From NCBI RefSeq assembly GCF_964204865.1, contig NC_135263.1, positions 14,384,001 through 14,448,000 of the forward strand: a stretch of 64,000 nt of DNA. Direction: 5' to 3'. Positions 26,377 to 40,400 of the stretch are shown piece by piece. The notes below the pieces were generated by a model. That model saw only the letters and a program-made list of their open reading frames with translations, searched no databases and was not told the origin of the DNA. This stretch comes from Styela clava (taxonomy: Eukaryota). Both the position numbers and the translations under genes were made by a program. Position 1 is the stretch's first letter; the number at the start of each line of letters is the position of its first letter.

Positions 26377-29300
26377 ATGATCATATTTCTGTTTTTGCTT
26401 GCTGAATTTGTCGCTGTGGGGGCAGGTGAGGCATCAGTACTGTAGCCTATTACACTGATCGAAACGGCAATTCTCATCACAGATGAATCGCCACTAAATT
26501 GTTACATAGTTAAACGAATCTTAACAATACAATTTCATGTTCCACTGTTCACAAAACGATGACGCAGTAGAGGGTTAAATATTTTTTATCCGTTTGTTTA
26601 GTACGAGACTGCGCTGATGGCAACAATGGCGGATGCTCCCAATACTGCATTGATAGGAGTGATGGAAATGATCCTGTGTGTGGTTGCGACTGTTACTATC
26701 AACTAGATGGGGATTCGGAGACATGTGTTCCTATTACTCCTTGTGGCGTGGATATATTATGGCTGAATGATTTCAGCTTTAATGTTATGAACTTATGCGT
26801 TTTAATTCAAAATAATTTTGACACTGGAGTTGACTACACGCCGTTCAACGTGAGCATTTATTTGAGACGTTTGTTTCTAATTGGTATTTATAAATTTATA
26901 TAGTTTTAACTTTTTTACCAAATCAATATACTTGAATGATGAAGGAAGAATAGTATAATTAACGTGTTTGTATTTACATAATCTTGAAAAGCAAAAGCAA
27001 ACCATTTTTTGGATATATATGTGTTAGAAGTTAGACGAATTATATTTCTGTTCTGTTTGTAGATTGATTTAAAATGGACGTTATTCTATAATGAATACTG
27101 AAACCCATTAACTTTATTGATATGCTGACAAAACAAAATTAAAATACGTCTTTCACATTATAGGATTGGAAAAATACGGTCTCACAATATATCACAGCTT
27201 TCAGTCCAGGAGTAGAGAATGGAGATTATGTCGTCGGAACAATGCTTAATGGTAGAACACTCGACGTAACAAACGCGTAAGTTAGATTTCTTGACTCTCA
27301 TACCTAATCTTTTCTTCCGATCAATCATGTGGATTTAAAGCAGGAACAGTATAGGTAAATGCAGAATCTGACACACTGTAGGTAAATTGTTTCAGAAACC
27401 GGGAGTTGGGTGGATTATGATCATGGTGTCGTAGATAAGTTTACATATGTACTTAAGCTAACATGTAACTAGACTTTGTATGAAAAGTTCATGAAAAAGC
27501 TAGTGCCAAGTTAGTTCTTCGAAGATTATGGATTCAATATTCAAACAATTATTTGAAAATATAATTTTAGAAGCAATATGTTTCAATTTTGATGCTTAGT
27601 GCTTAGAAACGCATTGATAAAAGGTCCGACGACCTTTTGAATCACATTTTTTATACCAAAATGTCCCATCTTGAAGATTTCAACTAGGTTCCAGGAATTA
27701 GTTGGTTGTAATGTACCAATCATTTTCATATTATTGGAGGTGACCATACAACCGGACAACGAAAGACACATTATGACATCCCAGTATAGCATAAAGTTAC
27801 ATTATAATATTCTTATAGGACACAATGAGATCGAAATACTTTCTGGTATTGGCGGCAGCCAAAATCAGATCAATAAATAGCATTATAATCATAATATCTT
27901 TCTGAACAGGGTGTGATTCATATTAAGTATTTTTCATGGTACACAATAGGCTTAAAGAAGAATTTGGAGCATCTGTAAAGTCACTATTCAGATCGGGTAC
28001 TATTATGTACAACACATTTTTCAGGTATGGCGCTCAGACATCGACAACTACACTGGCATCAGAAATTTCGAGCTTAACTAAAGATGATATATGCGGAAGC
28101 AGCAATGTTATTCAGGCCCTCTATAAAACTTTCGACAGTGGAGCAGCCAATACTGTAGTTCTTGCACCCAGTGGTGCGAACGACGAAACAACTACGACGA
28201 GAGTCGGTAGGAATCTCATTTCAATCCACATTATTTAAAAGTTATAAAATACAGCCCTAAAGAAACGTTACGATTTTTGACATACAGAATGTAACAAAAT
28301 GGTAACAGTTTTTGGGCTCACCACGTATATATATATAACTTTTCGTGGCATAATTATACAATAATTCAACTGAGTAATTTAAAAAACAAATTATTTGATG
28401 TTTGGTTTTAGCCGTTGTGGGCATGGTGTCTCCAGCTTCCACGGCACTTGATAGTGTACTGGATAATTACATATATAAGATACATGAATACTACGATCAA
28501 GTTTTTGTCTACGGTCGCACTGATCAGTCTACACTCGACGCTATCTTGGCACCAAGATATGAACCGCAACTTAGGTACGAATGTTGTTATTGGTTGATTT
28601 AAGTTGAGAAACGTTTTTAGTGGAATTAACGAACTAATGGGAGTGTAAACATTTTACGAGACCACCTTATGGAAATACGAATCGACTCTAAGTAGATTTA
28701 CATAAATGGAATCTTTGGAAAATGTTATTTTGTACCAACCGTCTCAAAATGAAGCGTTGTGCAATTGTTTTGATTTTCAAATGTAGTTTTTGGCGATCAT
28801 TGTATATCGCCCAAAAATCTATCATGAAAAACAATAGACTATCGATAGACTGGGGGGATGTTTTTGACGTTTGAAATACTTGAATCTAGCGTTCAATGCT
28901 ACAAACCCGATGACAATAAACAAGATATATATATATATAATATTCAAAATTTAGGTGTATATATGTAAAAAATAATATCATGTCTACATTATCTGATGGT
29001 ATAATGTAAATCTGACTGCTTTAAAGTGATAACTCTTTTTCAATTATTGAAGGTTTTTGGCCTGCAATGACAGCACATTGGCCAACTGTCCTTACCTATT
29101 TTATTCCGATGCTGGTAACGACAATGGAGCAAATTTCGACAGTGCTACGGTTCTTCCAATGATTGATACATCTGCCTGCATTTCTAGAAAAACCGTTAGT
29201 AAGTAAATATTCTATTTTTATACGTAGGTTCGGCGTGTGCAGTGCCTGTTGGACACGAAAGGTACATGTGGATCGTTTTTTTATTATGTTGTTGTTCTTG

Positions 29301-32300
29301 TTGAGCACGAAATGTATACATATCTATAGAACGTTTATTTATTATGTTGTTGATAGAATGTTTTTTCATGTTCTTGTGCTTATTTTCTCATAAACTGCTT
29401 CCCCAATTGCTTTGAAATTTTCGGTGGTTGAGGTTTGTATTTTTAGCTGGAGGGCTATTACTTTATTTATCATATATTCCAGTAGGATTCGTTTTTTTGT
29501 CATAAAAATTGCGCCCCTTGTGGAGGTTCCGCTTCGCGTCCACGATCGTTGCGTGTTGGTGACAACTCGAAGTCGGAAAGATTAGATACCCGTACTTCTT
29601 CGTTTGGCTTTCGTGTCTATATATTTGAGCATCGCTCTCTTGTTAGACACAAAATGGGCCTATAAATCGTTTTGGTATTTTGATGCAGCTAGAAGGCTAT
29701 TACTTTCATTCATTTCAAAGATTCCTGTGGGCTCTGTGAGATTCGCTTTTGTATCTGAAGTTTTGTGCGACGTCAACGAAATTGAATATCAAAATTAATT
29801 GTAGCGGTTCCGCGACCGCAGTTCAGCGGATCTCGTGCTCAGTTAAATTCGGCGGTTTTTGGGCTTATCGAAAGTCGATATGACTGATATACCGGAAGTT
29901 CACTCTGACAGATTGCATAACCATTTTGGCATTCGTGTCCATATGTTTGAGCATCGCACTAAATATGAAAGTATTAAAAGCGTTTTAAAACGTATGTATA
30001 CATCGTTACATCTGCTTAACATCTGAAACAATGTCAACACCTGCCGCGATCGATATGTTTAAATTAATGAAAAAACACTATTAGAAAAATGCAAGAAATC
30101 TTTCTTATTTACGAATTCACGTTCATTGTTTTAGATGTTCATTCAGTTTCTTGTGGAATCAACGAAGTAACGATCACTATACCATCTTGCCTTCTGGGAG
30201 GTCTCAACAAAGCAGATCTTGTTTTAAACGACGTCAGTTGTACTGGAGATACGAATGCAGTGCTTTCTGGAACTGACATAGTTTTTACCATTGGTCTTAC
30301 TGCTTGCTCATGGACATTAACAGTGAGTCATATATATAGAGTGCGATTTTACTCTATGGAGCAGAGTTACAAATAGGTCTAGTCTAGGCAATTCATAGAT
30401 CGCTCGTGTATCAGCAAAATTGCTTTGCATGCTGTGATCACGTGTCTTCGAATGCAGAATGTAGCTTCTGCAGTTGTAGTAAAACTTCCACTGAGGGAGT
30501 TCTTCAAATTATTAACAATAGGTGCCGGTACTAAAATATTTTGGGGCAGATTATAAGATATGGAAATAATAATTCGTATACACAGTCTAATGTAGCCTAC
30601 CCTATAAAAAGTTGGGGGTACATGTGCCCCAGTTTGGAAACCACTGCTACAAAGAGTGAGATTTTACCATTTCCAAAAAGGGGTATATATCATGTTTTTA
30701 AAATGTCCGCCCTATGTAAGGGACAATATACATCGTCAATATAGACGTCTTTTGTATGTTTGTACACAGTGACATGCACTGAATATAAAATTAAATGAAA
30801 ATCTTGCCAAGTGAAGAATAAAATTCGTCTGTAAAAAAACACTATAGGCCTACATGTAAACAACGGTTCACGTGAGGCTTGAAGCGCTTGTGACACCATC
30901 GGCACAAGCATTGGAAACTTTTGTATTGCAAATTAGATTAACACACTTCAAATGTTTTCTAGAGCACAACAGTCAACGATATTGAATTTGTCAAATACAC
31001 TCAAACGGTAGTTACAAAAGATTACGGAGTGTCAAGCAATGTCAAGCAAGTTAGCTTTGAAAGTTCATGCACGTACCCACGTTACACCGATGAACAGCTC
31101 GGAATAGTGAATCCCGCAGTCCCGTCACTCACGGACGCAGTATCGGTTATCGGAGCATTTACTGTTGACCTTGCTTTGTACCAATCTAGTTCATACACAA
31201 CTGCCTATACATCAGGAGACTTCCCAGTGACTGTAAGTATTTGATATATATAATAAATTGCAAACTATAAATGTCCAAGCATAGTGAAAATGGGGTTGCG
31301 TTTCGAAACACAATCAAAAAGCCATTACACAAATCTTTTTTTTCAAACATGGGATCTGTTTTAAATCCATTTCCTGTATTGAAATACTCAGAAGAATACT
31401 AAAACTCAAATAAAAACAATTTTAAAGTTAGAAGAGTATTTTAAATAAATTCACGTTCACCTTACTTTGACACCGTATTAAAATTATTCAGTAAAAATGA
31501 GCTCGAATACTATATTCCACAAGTTTTGTGATATTATACAAAATTTTACTTTCAATATATTTCACCTGGAATATGAAGTCGTAATTAAGGGTAAGGATAT
31601 AAACTTTTTCAGCTTAATGTGATGGATCGCATCTATTTCTCCGTGACTTCGACACTTCCAACCGGCCTCAAAGCAATATTAAAGGACATCGTAGTTACTA
31701 CAGATACAGACAAGGCCTCATCACCTTCCCATAGTATACTGACAAGCCAGTGTGCTGGTGACACCACATTCACCCTGGGAACTACCACCGATACAGAAGT
31801 TCAGTTTTCCGTTATCATGTTTGAATTTGCCACAACTGGCTCAGCAGCCGTAAGTTATTCTCATTTTTCATCTATAATTTATTTAGTCTATCCTTTATAA
31901 CATAGTAACGCAACCGAGTATTAAAGAAAATATAGAGCCAAATATTATTTTATAGTTATATTTTAATAATGACATAAAATGGACATAGCCGTGCTGTTTG
32001 CTGGTAAATGAAAGCATAGACCATGATTTTCCAAACTTTTTGTTCATTGGTACCCTTTGTAGAATTTATAAATCGCCTATATATCCCCAAAATTTTCTTA
32101 TATGTTTGATTATAAAAAGTTTAAAATTTGTATTTTTAGTTCGATATTAAAACACTGCGTTATTATTATATACTAATTAAAGCACACAAAGTATTTCACA
32201 ACAATGTAATCCAAGCTTATACGAACAATCAAACTAACAATATATCGGCTGACTAAGCCCCAGTAATCTAAGCTAATTATCAATAAGTTATTTAATACAA

Positions 32301-35300
32301 AGTAGTGAAACAATGGCAACAGTTCTTCTTCGAGCTATTGTCGGTATTTTGATTCAATTCCAAGCAACCCTGAAATGTCGAGTCACACAACCACGTTGGT
32401 GGGAACAACGCGAACAAAATGAACCCCTGGAGGTACATGTATACCCAAGTTTGAAAACCCCTGGCATGGACGATAGAAAAAGCTAAAAAAGGCATTTAAA
32501 AACGACATGAATGAGAACACGCAAATTGGTTCGCCCTTTTAAAAGTAAATCATCAAAAGTTCAATTGTTACCTACAATTTTTCTGATTGATTGTTCGTGT
32601 AGATTTTTGAAATGCTTAAATTTGGGATTGTTTTTTCAGTTTGCCATTTTAAGTTATAATAAATTTAGATTTACGAATTGACTCAACTTGGTAGTAATCT
32701 GTTTCCATTAGATTAATATACACCATTTTCAATTTCCTAACAGTAGTCATTAGCAACTTCAGTTTTTTAGTGTTTAATCTTTTTTAGTTAAAATACTTGT
32801 GTTATTTATTATCAGATTAAAATGTTTAAAATAACATTATGAATTGCTGTATTTTTTATCAGCTATTACACAAACTTAAACAAAATATTTCGTATTAACC
32901 CGTATAATCGATTCTCAATACTCGTGTGTTTAGAGAATCTTCCATTTAACAAAAAAATATGTTAAGAAATAACATTGAAAATTCATTTTTGTTTCAACTA
33001 ACACTAAGCAAGCGTCGACGTGCATCAGGTTATACCTAATGTTCAAACAAATCAGTTATTATCATTTTCAGAATGGTGCTAAAGACCCGCTTTATTTCCA
33101 CGTTACAACTTACATTTGTGAGACTACCGACACATCAGCTGCTTGTACACAGTCTTGTGCAGCCGGTAGAAAGAAACGTGACGTATCGGATGCTGATATT
33201 CCGGTGGAGCACAGAACGATAGGTCCAATATACACAGGTGAATAGTTGAAAGAACTTTCACTAAATTAACTCAATAACACTTATTGGTATATTATTTAAT
33301 CAACTATTCTTGAGAAACATATTTTGAAAGCCTGAAGTAGTAAGATTCAATAGAATTCCTGAACAAAACAGAAAGTTACCACAAAAACTGCTTTCTGCAT
33401 GGAATAGCTTGAAAACAACACGTGGTTTGAATTTCCATTTAGGTAACAAGTCATATTATGACGTGTTTTTATTACCTTCATTAAGAACGAAGGCTAAAAT
33501 CTACCAGGGAATGAAGCTACTAAGCTTTGTTGATTTAGAATGTGATTTTAAGCAAACAATTACGACGCATCGTCCGTCTCTAGTATTTTTCTTTTCGGAA
33601 AAATGAACTTACGTTTCACAATGTTTCTGAATAGTACCAAAAGAAGGTTCAAAGACAAAGCAGGACGTACATAAGAAAGTGATAGATCGCACTGCTACAA
33701 ACTTGGGAAATAATAAGGACGAAACCGGCGTTCATTTGACAACATACGAGATTTATCTGCCTTCTCCAAGTCTTGGTGTTCTATGCTATTGGTAAGTTCA
33801 AGTACGGAACAGATTTTATGATTCTAATGATATTTCTTCGATTTGTACGATTAATAAATACAAAAATACATGTTTCGAAAACACATGTACAATAAGTCTG
33901 AATCAGGATATCGTCTTTTTCGTTTGCAGTTGTAATATAAATAACGGCAATATTTGAACGGAAACAATACTTCCTATTGCGTTACATATATAGTAGTAAT
34001 ACGCTTATGTCTCTCAAGCTGAGCTGCTTATGCACATGGATCCAAATTACGAAACGTACAAAAAGATTTCGATAGTAGGGTGAAGCGTATAGTATTGATG
34101 AATGAAGCCTATATTTCTATGATGATTAAATTTCTGAAGTTGGAGCAGCAATTCTCTAAACTCTGGGGTTGTAAACGAGACAAACACTAGACACTAGAAA
34201 CCGAACGATCTTCAAAATTCAGACCCGCATCACAATTAAGCATAGTAGTCTTTTGGTTATATCGTTGGATTTACCTATGCTAGTATCGCACGTTGTTTGT
34301 AATTGAGTGGGTAGGCAAAGATGAACTGGAAGGAATACCCTCATTCATTCCCAAATAATAACTTTGTACGTAGCTTGTCATGAATAGGGCCATATTCATG
34401 TTGAAGGTGTGGAAACACCTCAAAAAATTGAATAGCTATGATCATCTTTATTGGCGATTAATAGTGTAGATTACTCGAAATGGATGCTCGAGAGCGTTAT
34501 AACATGGGAAAAGCAGTCGACAGATCCTTTGGAGCTCAAATGCGAGCCCAGTCTGAAAATTTCAATCCAACTTCAACTGCGATTCTTTTGGCTGGAACTA
34601 TCAAGGAAATTCAAACGATCAGAACGATGCATTTATCCAATGAAAATCGGTTGATTTCAATAAAGGACATATTGACTAAATTTCGTAACCTTGAACCTCC
34701 ATTGATGTCTAAATAACCTTTTTAATATTTCATTTTCTTGTTCATCAGGATTCTTTTGTTGGCGTCTACAGCGCTAATGTTTTATCTGATATCAAAATTT
34801 TTCTTCAAAAATCATCAGAATACATTCAATGCTCCTGCACCGTGGAACAACTTCGGGATTCCAACTGGTGGGTTGGTATTTATGAATCTAATATTAAGGC
34901 AATAGCACGTTTTTGCTGGTATATATTCCGCTGCAGAGCAATAAATGTTGCGACCTGCGTTAAAACCAGCTTTATCTGAGCCCATTTATATAGTCACTTT
35001 AATTTTTTTTCAAATTGGTCAACCATTTGGCCCTAAAACCTCACTCATGGCTTTTTAAAAGCGTATGCTAAAGTTCTATTCAGCGAAATGACGCTAAAGA
35101 GCACGTCTCCTGTGTTTTTTAGATATGCGACAAAACGCCCAAAAATTTGGAGAAAACAACTTGAACTTGAATGTTATTGTTTATAGTAGAGGGTTAAACA
35201 CTAGTTATAATTTATACCGAATTAAATTTAATGTTTTCTTGTGTTATTCTCCAACAAAATCATTATTATGGCATAAATCCTTGCCGAGAAATTCACAATT

Positions 35301-35685
35301 GTATTTATGGAATTTGCAAATTCGGCGCTTCACGTGACGATTTCGGTGACGTCACGCCCTAATTATTATTGCATAAGAGCTTCGAAAGCAGCGAATGTAA
35401 TTATTGTCAGTGTTAATATGCACAGCAAGTCGTAAAAAAAAAAACATGTGCGCGAAATTTGGCAATTGCTCTCACGTTGTATACTTGTATACAACAATTT
35501 TACCTCCCACCATGCATGGTAGGGAGAGGTAAAATATTCACATTTTTAAAAACATTACCGGGCCAAGTATGGAATGGCATTCGTTACCTGGGTATAAATA
35601 AGTGATTCATACCTGCTATTCAATTTTCACACATTAACGACATTTTCTTATCGAATCTGTATATTTTACAGCGGTCAAGGGCTAA
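26377..35685 (+). CDS. EGF-like + VWA-like + ZP-module type-I membrane/secreted matrix protein (~683 aa)
   Basis: 13 phase-consistent GT-AG exons: 26377-26425, 26602-26849, 27164-27276, 28025-28206, 28412-28574, 29053-29198, 30135-30322, 30963-31232, 31613-31849, 33072-33237, 33635-33791, 34749-34867, 35672-35685. Signal peptide MIIFLFLLAEFVAVGA; EGF CADGNNGGCSQYC..CGCDCYYQLDGDSETC; VWA-like CGVDILWLNDFSFNV; ZP-N (VSC..DVSC..TAC..SSCTY); ZP-C; furin site RKKR; EHP-like TIGPIY; TM LGVLCYWILLLASTALMFYLI. The last micro-exon is less certain. Confidence 0.85.
32022..32463. mobile_element. hAT-type MITE in a ZP-gene intron
   Basis: Imperfect TIRs catgattttccaaact / agtttgaaaacccctg; 8-bp TSD gcatagac / gcatggac. 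Confidence 0.7.
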
Positions 35686-38012
35686 ACGAACTCTTCATGA
35701 TGAAATGAGGATTATGGTAGTCAAGATAACAACATGTAACAATGGTAGAAACTATAATATATATTAAGTTCAATTGTTCTATTTTAACCATGGCTATTTT
35801 ATTTTTTTCCCGAATTTTCAATTTCAAAGTACTTGTAAATTATATATCGTCCCATCCTAATATCACCTGTAGGCCTAGAGCTACAGATATATTCGTTCAT
35901 TCGTTCGAAAACTTTTAAATACAGATGAAAGTCAAATTAAAAAGTGGTGTTCAAACTAGGTGACAATTTGTCACGGCTCCATTTACGTTTACTTCTGCAA
36001 ATGGCCCCATAAAGTACAATACCGTGACGTAACAGTGCTCATTCTTGCTAGTCAGTTTGTTTAAATACAACACATCTCAGTGCTTACAACTGGCACATCA
36101 CGGCCTACAAATTTCTCTATTGTTGAAATTATATTCACTGTGGCATTGGTTTGACAGCATGCCATAGTGACGGAGTGGCTTGCGATTGTAGAGATGTCAC
36201 AATTCAAATTATACAGTCGTAGTTTTATATTCAAGAGTATTTAATTAGATGGTATTACGTATTAACATTTATTCATGTTTAACTGCTTGTAATAAATGGC
36301 ACCGAAAGATGTGTGTGTATTATATAATATGAAGGCTGATGGCGTCCAAGGCCGGGTATCCGCACTCCGCGTGGTTTTGAACAGGAAGGACGGGCGTAAC
36401 AAAGATAGGAAAAATCTTAGATTACATTCCATGCCGCGTTAGCGAGTTGGGGGCGTCCTCGTAGCCTCACGATAAAAACAAGTTTCAGGACTTCACGCTT
36501 TCTGGAACTTTGGAATTGTTTTAGAACGATTACGCTCATTACTTTTGTTGTAATTAGAAGTTACTACAAAATATACTTGCGTGATTAATGAACAAAACAA
36601 ATTGGCAATAAACAATAAATAACATTATTACGTCAAAAGTGCAGTGTTTGCTTGCGAGCTTATAGGTGGCACTCATCCTCTATTACTTTGAAATAAAATC
36701 ATTTCCACTACATCGACAACATATTGCAAGAAATTTAGCGACCTCGTTCAGAACAGCGCACTTTATGGCTGTTTACGTTCGTCGAGGCAGCGTGCATCCG
36801 ATTACTGGTTCAGTTTTGACATTGAGCATGCAGCTACAATCCATCGAAGATTTTAAATTTTTGAAAACACATACAATTTTCGAGTGCATTTAACGGCGAA
36901 CCAACCTTTTGTGGCACAAAAACCAACCACATCGCAAGCAGTATCGAATTTCTATATGACCGCAACTTGATATCAGTCAATAATTAACAGGTAAACTGCC
37001 GACAACGCTGCAATTTTGCTGATGTCATGAAAAACAAGCGATAGTAACAAGAGAAGTGAGCAGGTACAAGTGTCGCTATTTCACAGCGCGTAATATGGTG
37101 TTTTATTATGAGACATTTAGGTATTGGAAATTAAAAGTGTGATGTGTTGCTTTGTTATAATATGTGTGTTCTATTTGACTGTGTTCAGAATAGATTCGAG
37201 GCGATATTATGTCATAACATTACAAGCTGAATTATTAGTCAGCTGTGTTAGTAATGTCATTATTATACTCTATGCTACGCTATATCTCTATTCACCAATT
37301 GGGTAAATTTAATTATTATTACACGCGTAGAATGTTAAAGTTACACGTCGTATGGTTTTAATCAATGTCATAATACGTAAAAATAAAATGCCTTGTCATC
37401 ATTATTGTTCATTCCGTCTTGCCATCAAATTGATCCATAAGGCTTCGGCAAAACGGCGATATCCATTTCTGATAGAATATTCAAAGCAGCTTTTAATGAG
37501 GTTTAAATTTTTAGTATGTTTCAAGTAGCTACAGGCATATTACTTATGTTCCCACAGAAAAGCCAAAAATAGTAAGTGAATATTTAGCGTCAGTTAAGTT
37601 GATATTACGCACGGTTTTTATAGACACGCTAGGTTGTGTGCACACTTATTTATGTACTGTACAATGCTAGTGAAATGATATGAAACTGTAATTATCAATA
37701 CGTTCATGTGAAATCGACCTATGGAATCGGATTGAATATGATTTACTCGAATATTGTTTTGAATACAATTCTTTCAAAATACTTATTGTCAATATTAATC
37801 GTCAAGTTGCCAAATCTTAGAAAAATCGTACCATATTTCCGTTTGGCGATCGATAGGGTTGGTACCGTGCCATACATATACTGCCAAGAATATGCATATA
37901 CAGCCAATTAATATCCATATACAGCCATTTTGGTGATGTACAAATACTGCCAAGTCCTATGCATATATAGCCAAATCAATATACAAATAAAGTCATCAAG
38001 ATAGGATTTACA

Positions 38013-38244
38013 TATTTATACCGGGAGAGAGGAAAGCCGATAAGACGGCTTAACCATATGGCGAACCACGGTCGCTCGTCCGGTTACCATTCCATGTCGG
38101 GTATGGGATTAGCTAGTTATTTGTTTTCGGAAGCATGGACTTGATGGTGGAGGAAGCCATAACCGACAAGCGGTTACTTGATCCACCCTACAGCAGCAAG
38201 GAGTCCAGCAATCCTTTCGCACATAATCATCCCTGCATGGGATT
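38013..38244 (-). mobile_element. 5'-truncated tRNA-derived SINE
   Basis: Minus strand begins aatcccatgcaggg, like the tail of a GGTTCGAATCCC B-box stem, and ends with a LINE-type stem-loop aagccg-tcttat-cggctt plus an A/T tail. Confidence 0.55.
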
Positions 38245-38509
38245 GATAATGCAAGAAATGTGATGGTTGAAAAACTTATTTGAAAGAACTATTCTTTGGC
38301 TATTGGTAATAAATTGCATAAAATTAATCAAATTAACGTTTGGCAGAAACTATCATTGCACACCTTGCATTTTGTTTAAGTTACTACGTGTTACGCGTAC
38401 AGAAACTCTAAAAAAACTTTTGATTGAAATATGAAAAATGAGCATCATTCAACATAAGACATGAAACTGCCGGTGAGTAGTTTTTGAGAAATATCCAATA
38501 GGCCCCAAC

Positions 38510-40400
38510 TGTTTCGTTTCTTAATTGGTATCTGCTCAGAATAGAAACTCGTATACAACTGAACTCCTTTTATTGAGAAAAGCGGCACAACTTGAACAAT
38601 ACCACTTAAAACAGCGATCATAATCAAACGTCTACAAGATAACACAACTGTATATCGACTGGCGGACCAGACGAGTAGATGAGATGCATTGCGCCGCAAC
38701 AATTAGGAGTTGTCGCGCTACTCATCATTCGAGTAATCACATTACGTCACATCTTCCCGTCAAACAAGAAATAGCATATTAATACAAATAGCATTAATAA
38801 ATGTACAATAAAATTAAACATTATCAATCAATACTTATATCTATCAGTTTTTTTAACAGTGCTTGTAGATCTGCGAAGAGGGGGGGGGGGGGGGTGATCT
38901 ATGTTCTATTTGATCAGATACACTATGATTAACTGAAACACTGCCATCGGGACTAATATTATCATTAATAATTGGGCCATGTTGCGTTTTCATATCACCA
39001 TTGTTATAGGAGGATGTGTATGGATCATAAATATTACAATCGTAATTCCTTGTGAAGGGGTGGAACTCATCAGGTTCGCTTGTATGCCTCAAATGCCCTC
39101 GATTTCTTCGATAAAGACCACCATATTCAGTTCGGATTCGATACGATCTGATGTCAACTTGTCGTTCAATTCTACCTTTGCGCCATCTTTTCCCACGGTC
39201 CGGCTTCATTCTGACTTCTGATTCTGGTACAATTTCATCAGCTCCCTCGTTCCCTTGTTGTAATATTCATATTGAATGTCTTTACGCTTCTTTAAATGTG
39301 GTTCGATATTCGTAACAATTTTCGGGCGAAGAAGAGATTTTGATGTTGGAAGCAGTGTTTTTGTGCGTCTTCCAAATAACCTTTGTGCTTGTGAACCTGG
39401 TATTCCTTCACTCGGCGTATTACGTCAATCGAGCAACGCAAGAAATACATCACTCTTACTCTCAATAGCTTTTATCATCAAGCTCTTAATTTGTTTAACG
39501 GCGGACTCTGCTTTGTCGTTGCTTTGGCTATATGTAGGAAAGCTTGTAACATGCTGAAATTCATAATCTTCAACAAATTTTCTAAATTCCTTGCTACTAT
39601 ATTGAGGAGCGTTGTCAGAAATCAATTTTTTTGGTAAGCCGTGTCTAGCCATGTGTTGTTTCAATGCTTCGATAACTTCCGCAGATGTGGTAGTATGAAG
39701 TTCGCAACTTCGCAAAAAGTGGAGTAAAAATCAACGGTCACAAGATAGTTTCTGCCTGCAGTTCAAATAAATCGGACGCAATAATTTGCCATGGTCGAGA
39801 AGAAATCTCATGGTGAATTATCGGCTCTTTTTGTTGATTGGGTTGAAACACTCGGCAAGTAGTCGTGACGAGAGATAATCATGTATGTCACTGGGGCCAT
39901 TTTTGGCCAGAACAGAACCTCTCTTGCTCTACGAATGCAAGCCTGTATCCCTATGTGACTTGCGTGTATGCGCTGCAGAACATATTGTTTGGCAGATTCT
40001 GGTACAACAATGCGACATCCTTTCAAAATTAGCCCATTTTGAACAGAGGTCTTCTCTAAAATTGAAATATCCTTGCATGGACCGTGGAAGCTGTTTCTTG
40101 GTAATCGGCCATCCATCTTCAATGATGGCTCTAAGACAGTGTTTCCCAACCAGAGTCCGCGGTCTCAAATGAGTCCGGCCAACTTCCGATTTTGATTCAA
40201 TAAAATTCGGTTGTGTTTGGTTTTATTGCTTCTTCACACAGAGTGCGGTTGCAATAAACGCACATTGAGTCCGCAAAGGTTTTCGCCGCTGAGAAAATAG
40301 TCCGCGTCAAAAAAAGGTTGGGAAACGCTGCTCTAAGAGTTTGCATTGTCGAATCTTTCTCTGCAGATTTTTGCAAAATATAAACGTAATCTGGCGATGC
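38510..40400 (-). mobile_element. Degenerate Ty3/Gypsy retrotransposon 3' half (integrase remnant, PPT, one LTR)
   Basis: Frameshifted pol: AEKDSTMQTLRAIIEDGWP (after removing the MITE), zinc-binding HASHIGIQACIRRAREVLFWP, rve core ARHGLPKKLISDNAPQYSS...YSQSNDKAESAVK, RSYRIRTEYGGLYRRNRGHLR. Purine tract gacgggaaga precedes TGTGACG at 38751 (LTR start); LTR end near 38510 is approximate. Confidence 0.85.
40137..40330. mobile_element. hAT (Charlie-like) MITE inserted in the Gypsy pol
   Basis: TIRs cagtgtttcccaacc / ggttgggaaacgctg; perfect 8-bp TSD ctctaaga (40129-40136, 40331-40338). Removing it restores the pol frame. Confidence 0.9.

Noticed and set aside
29340-29960. Possible DNA-transposon relic in ZP intron 6 (duplicated ttcgtgtc.ata..tttgagcatcgc; gcgccccttgtgg)
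   Set aside because: No termini or TSD could be resolved, so it was not called.
34480-34716. 78-aa ORF inside a ZP-gene intron
   Set aside because: Not needed for the phase-consistent exon chain; at most a decayed LINE-like fragment that I cannot support.
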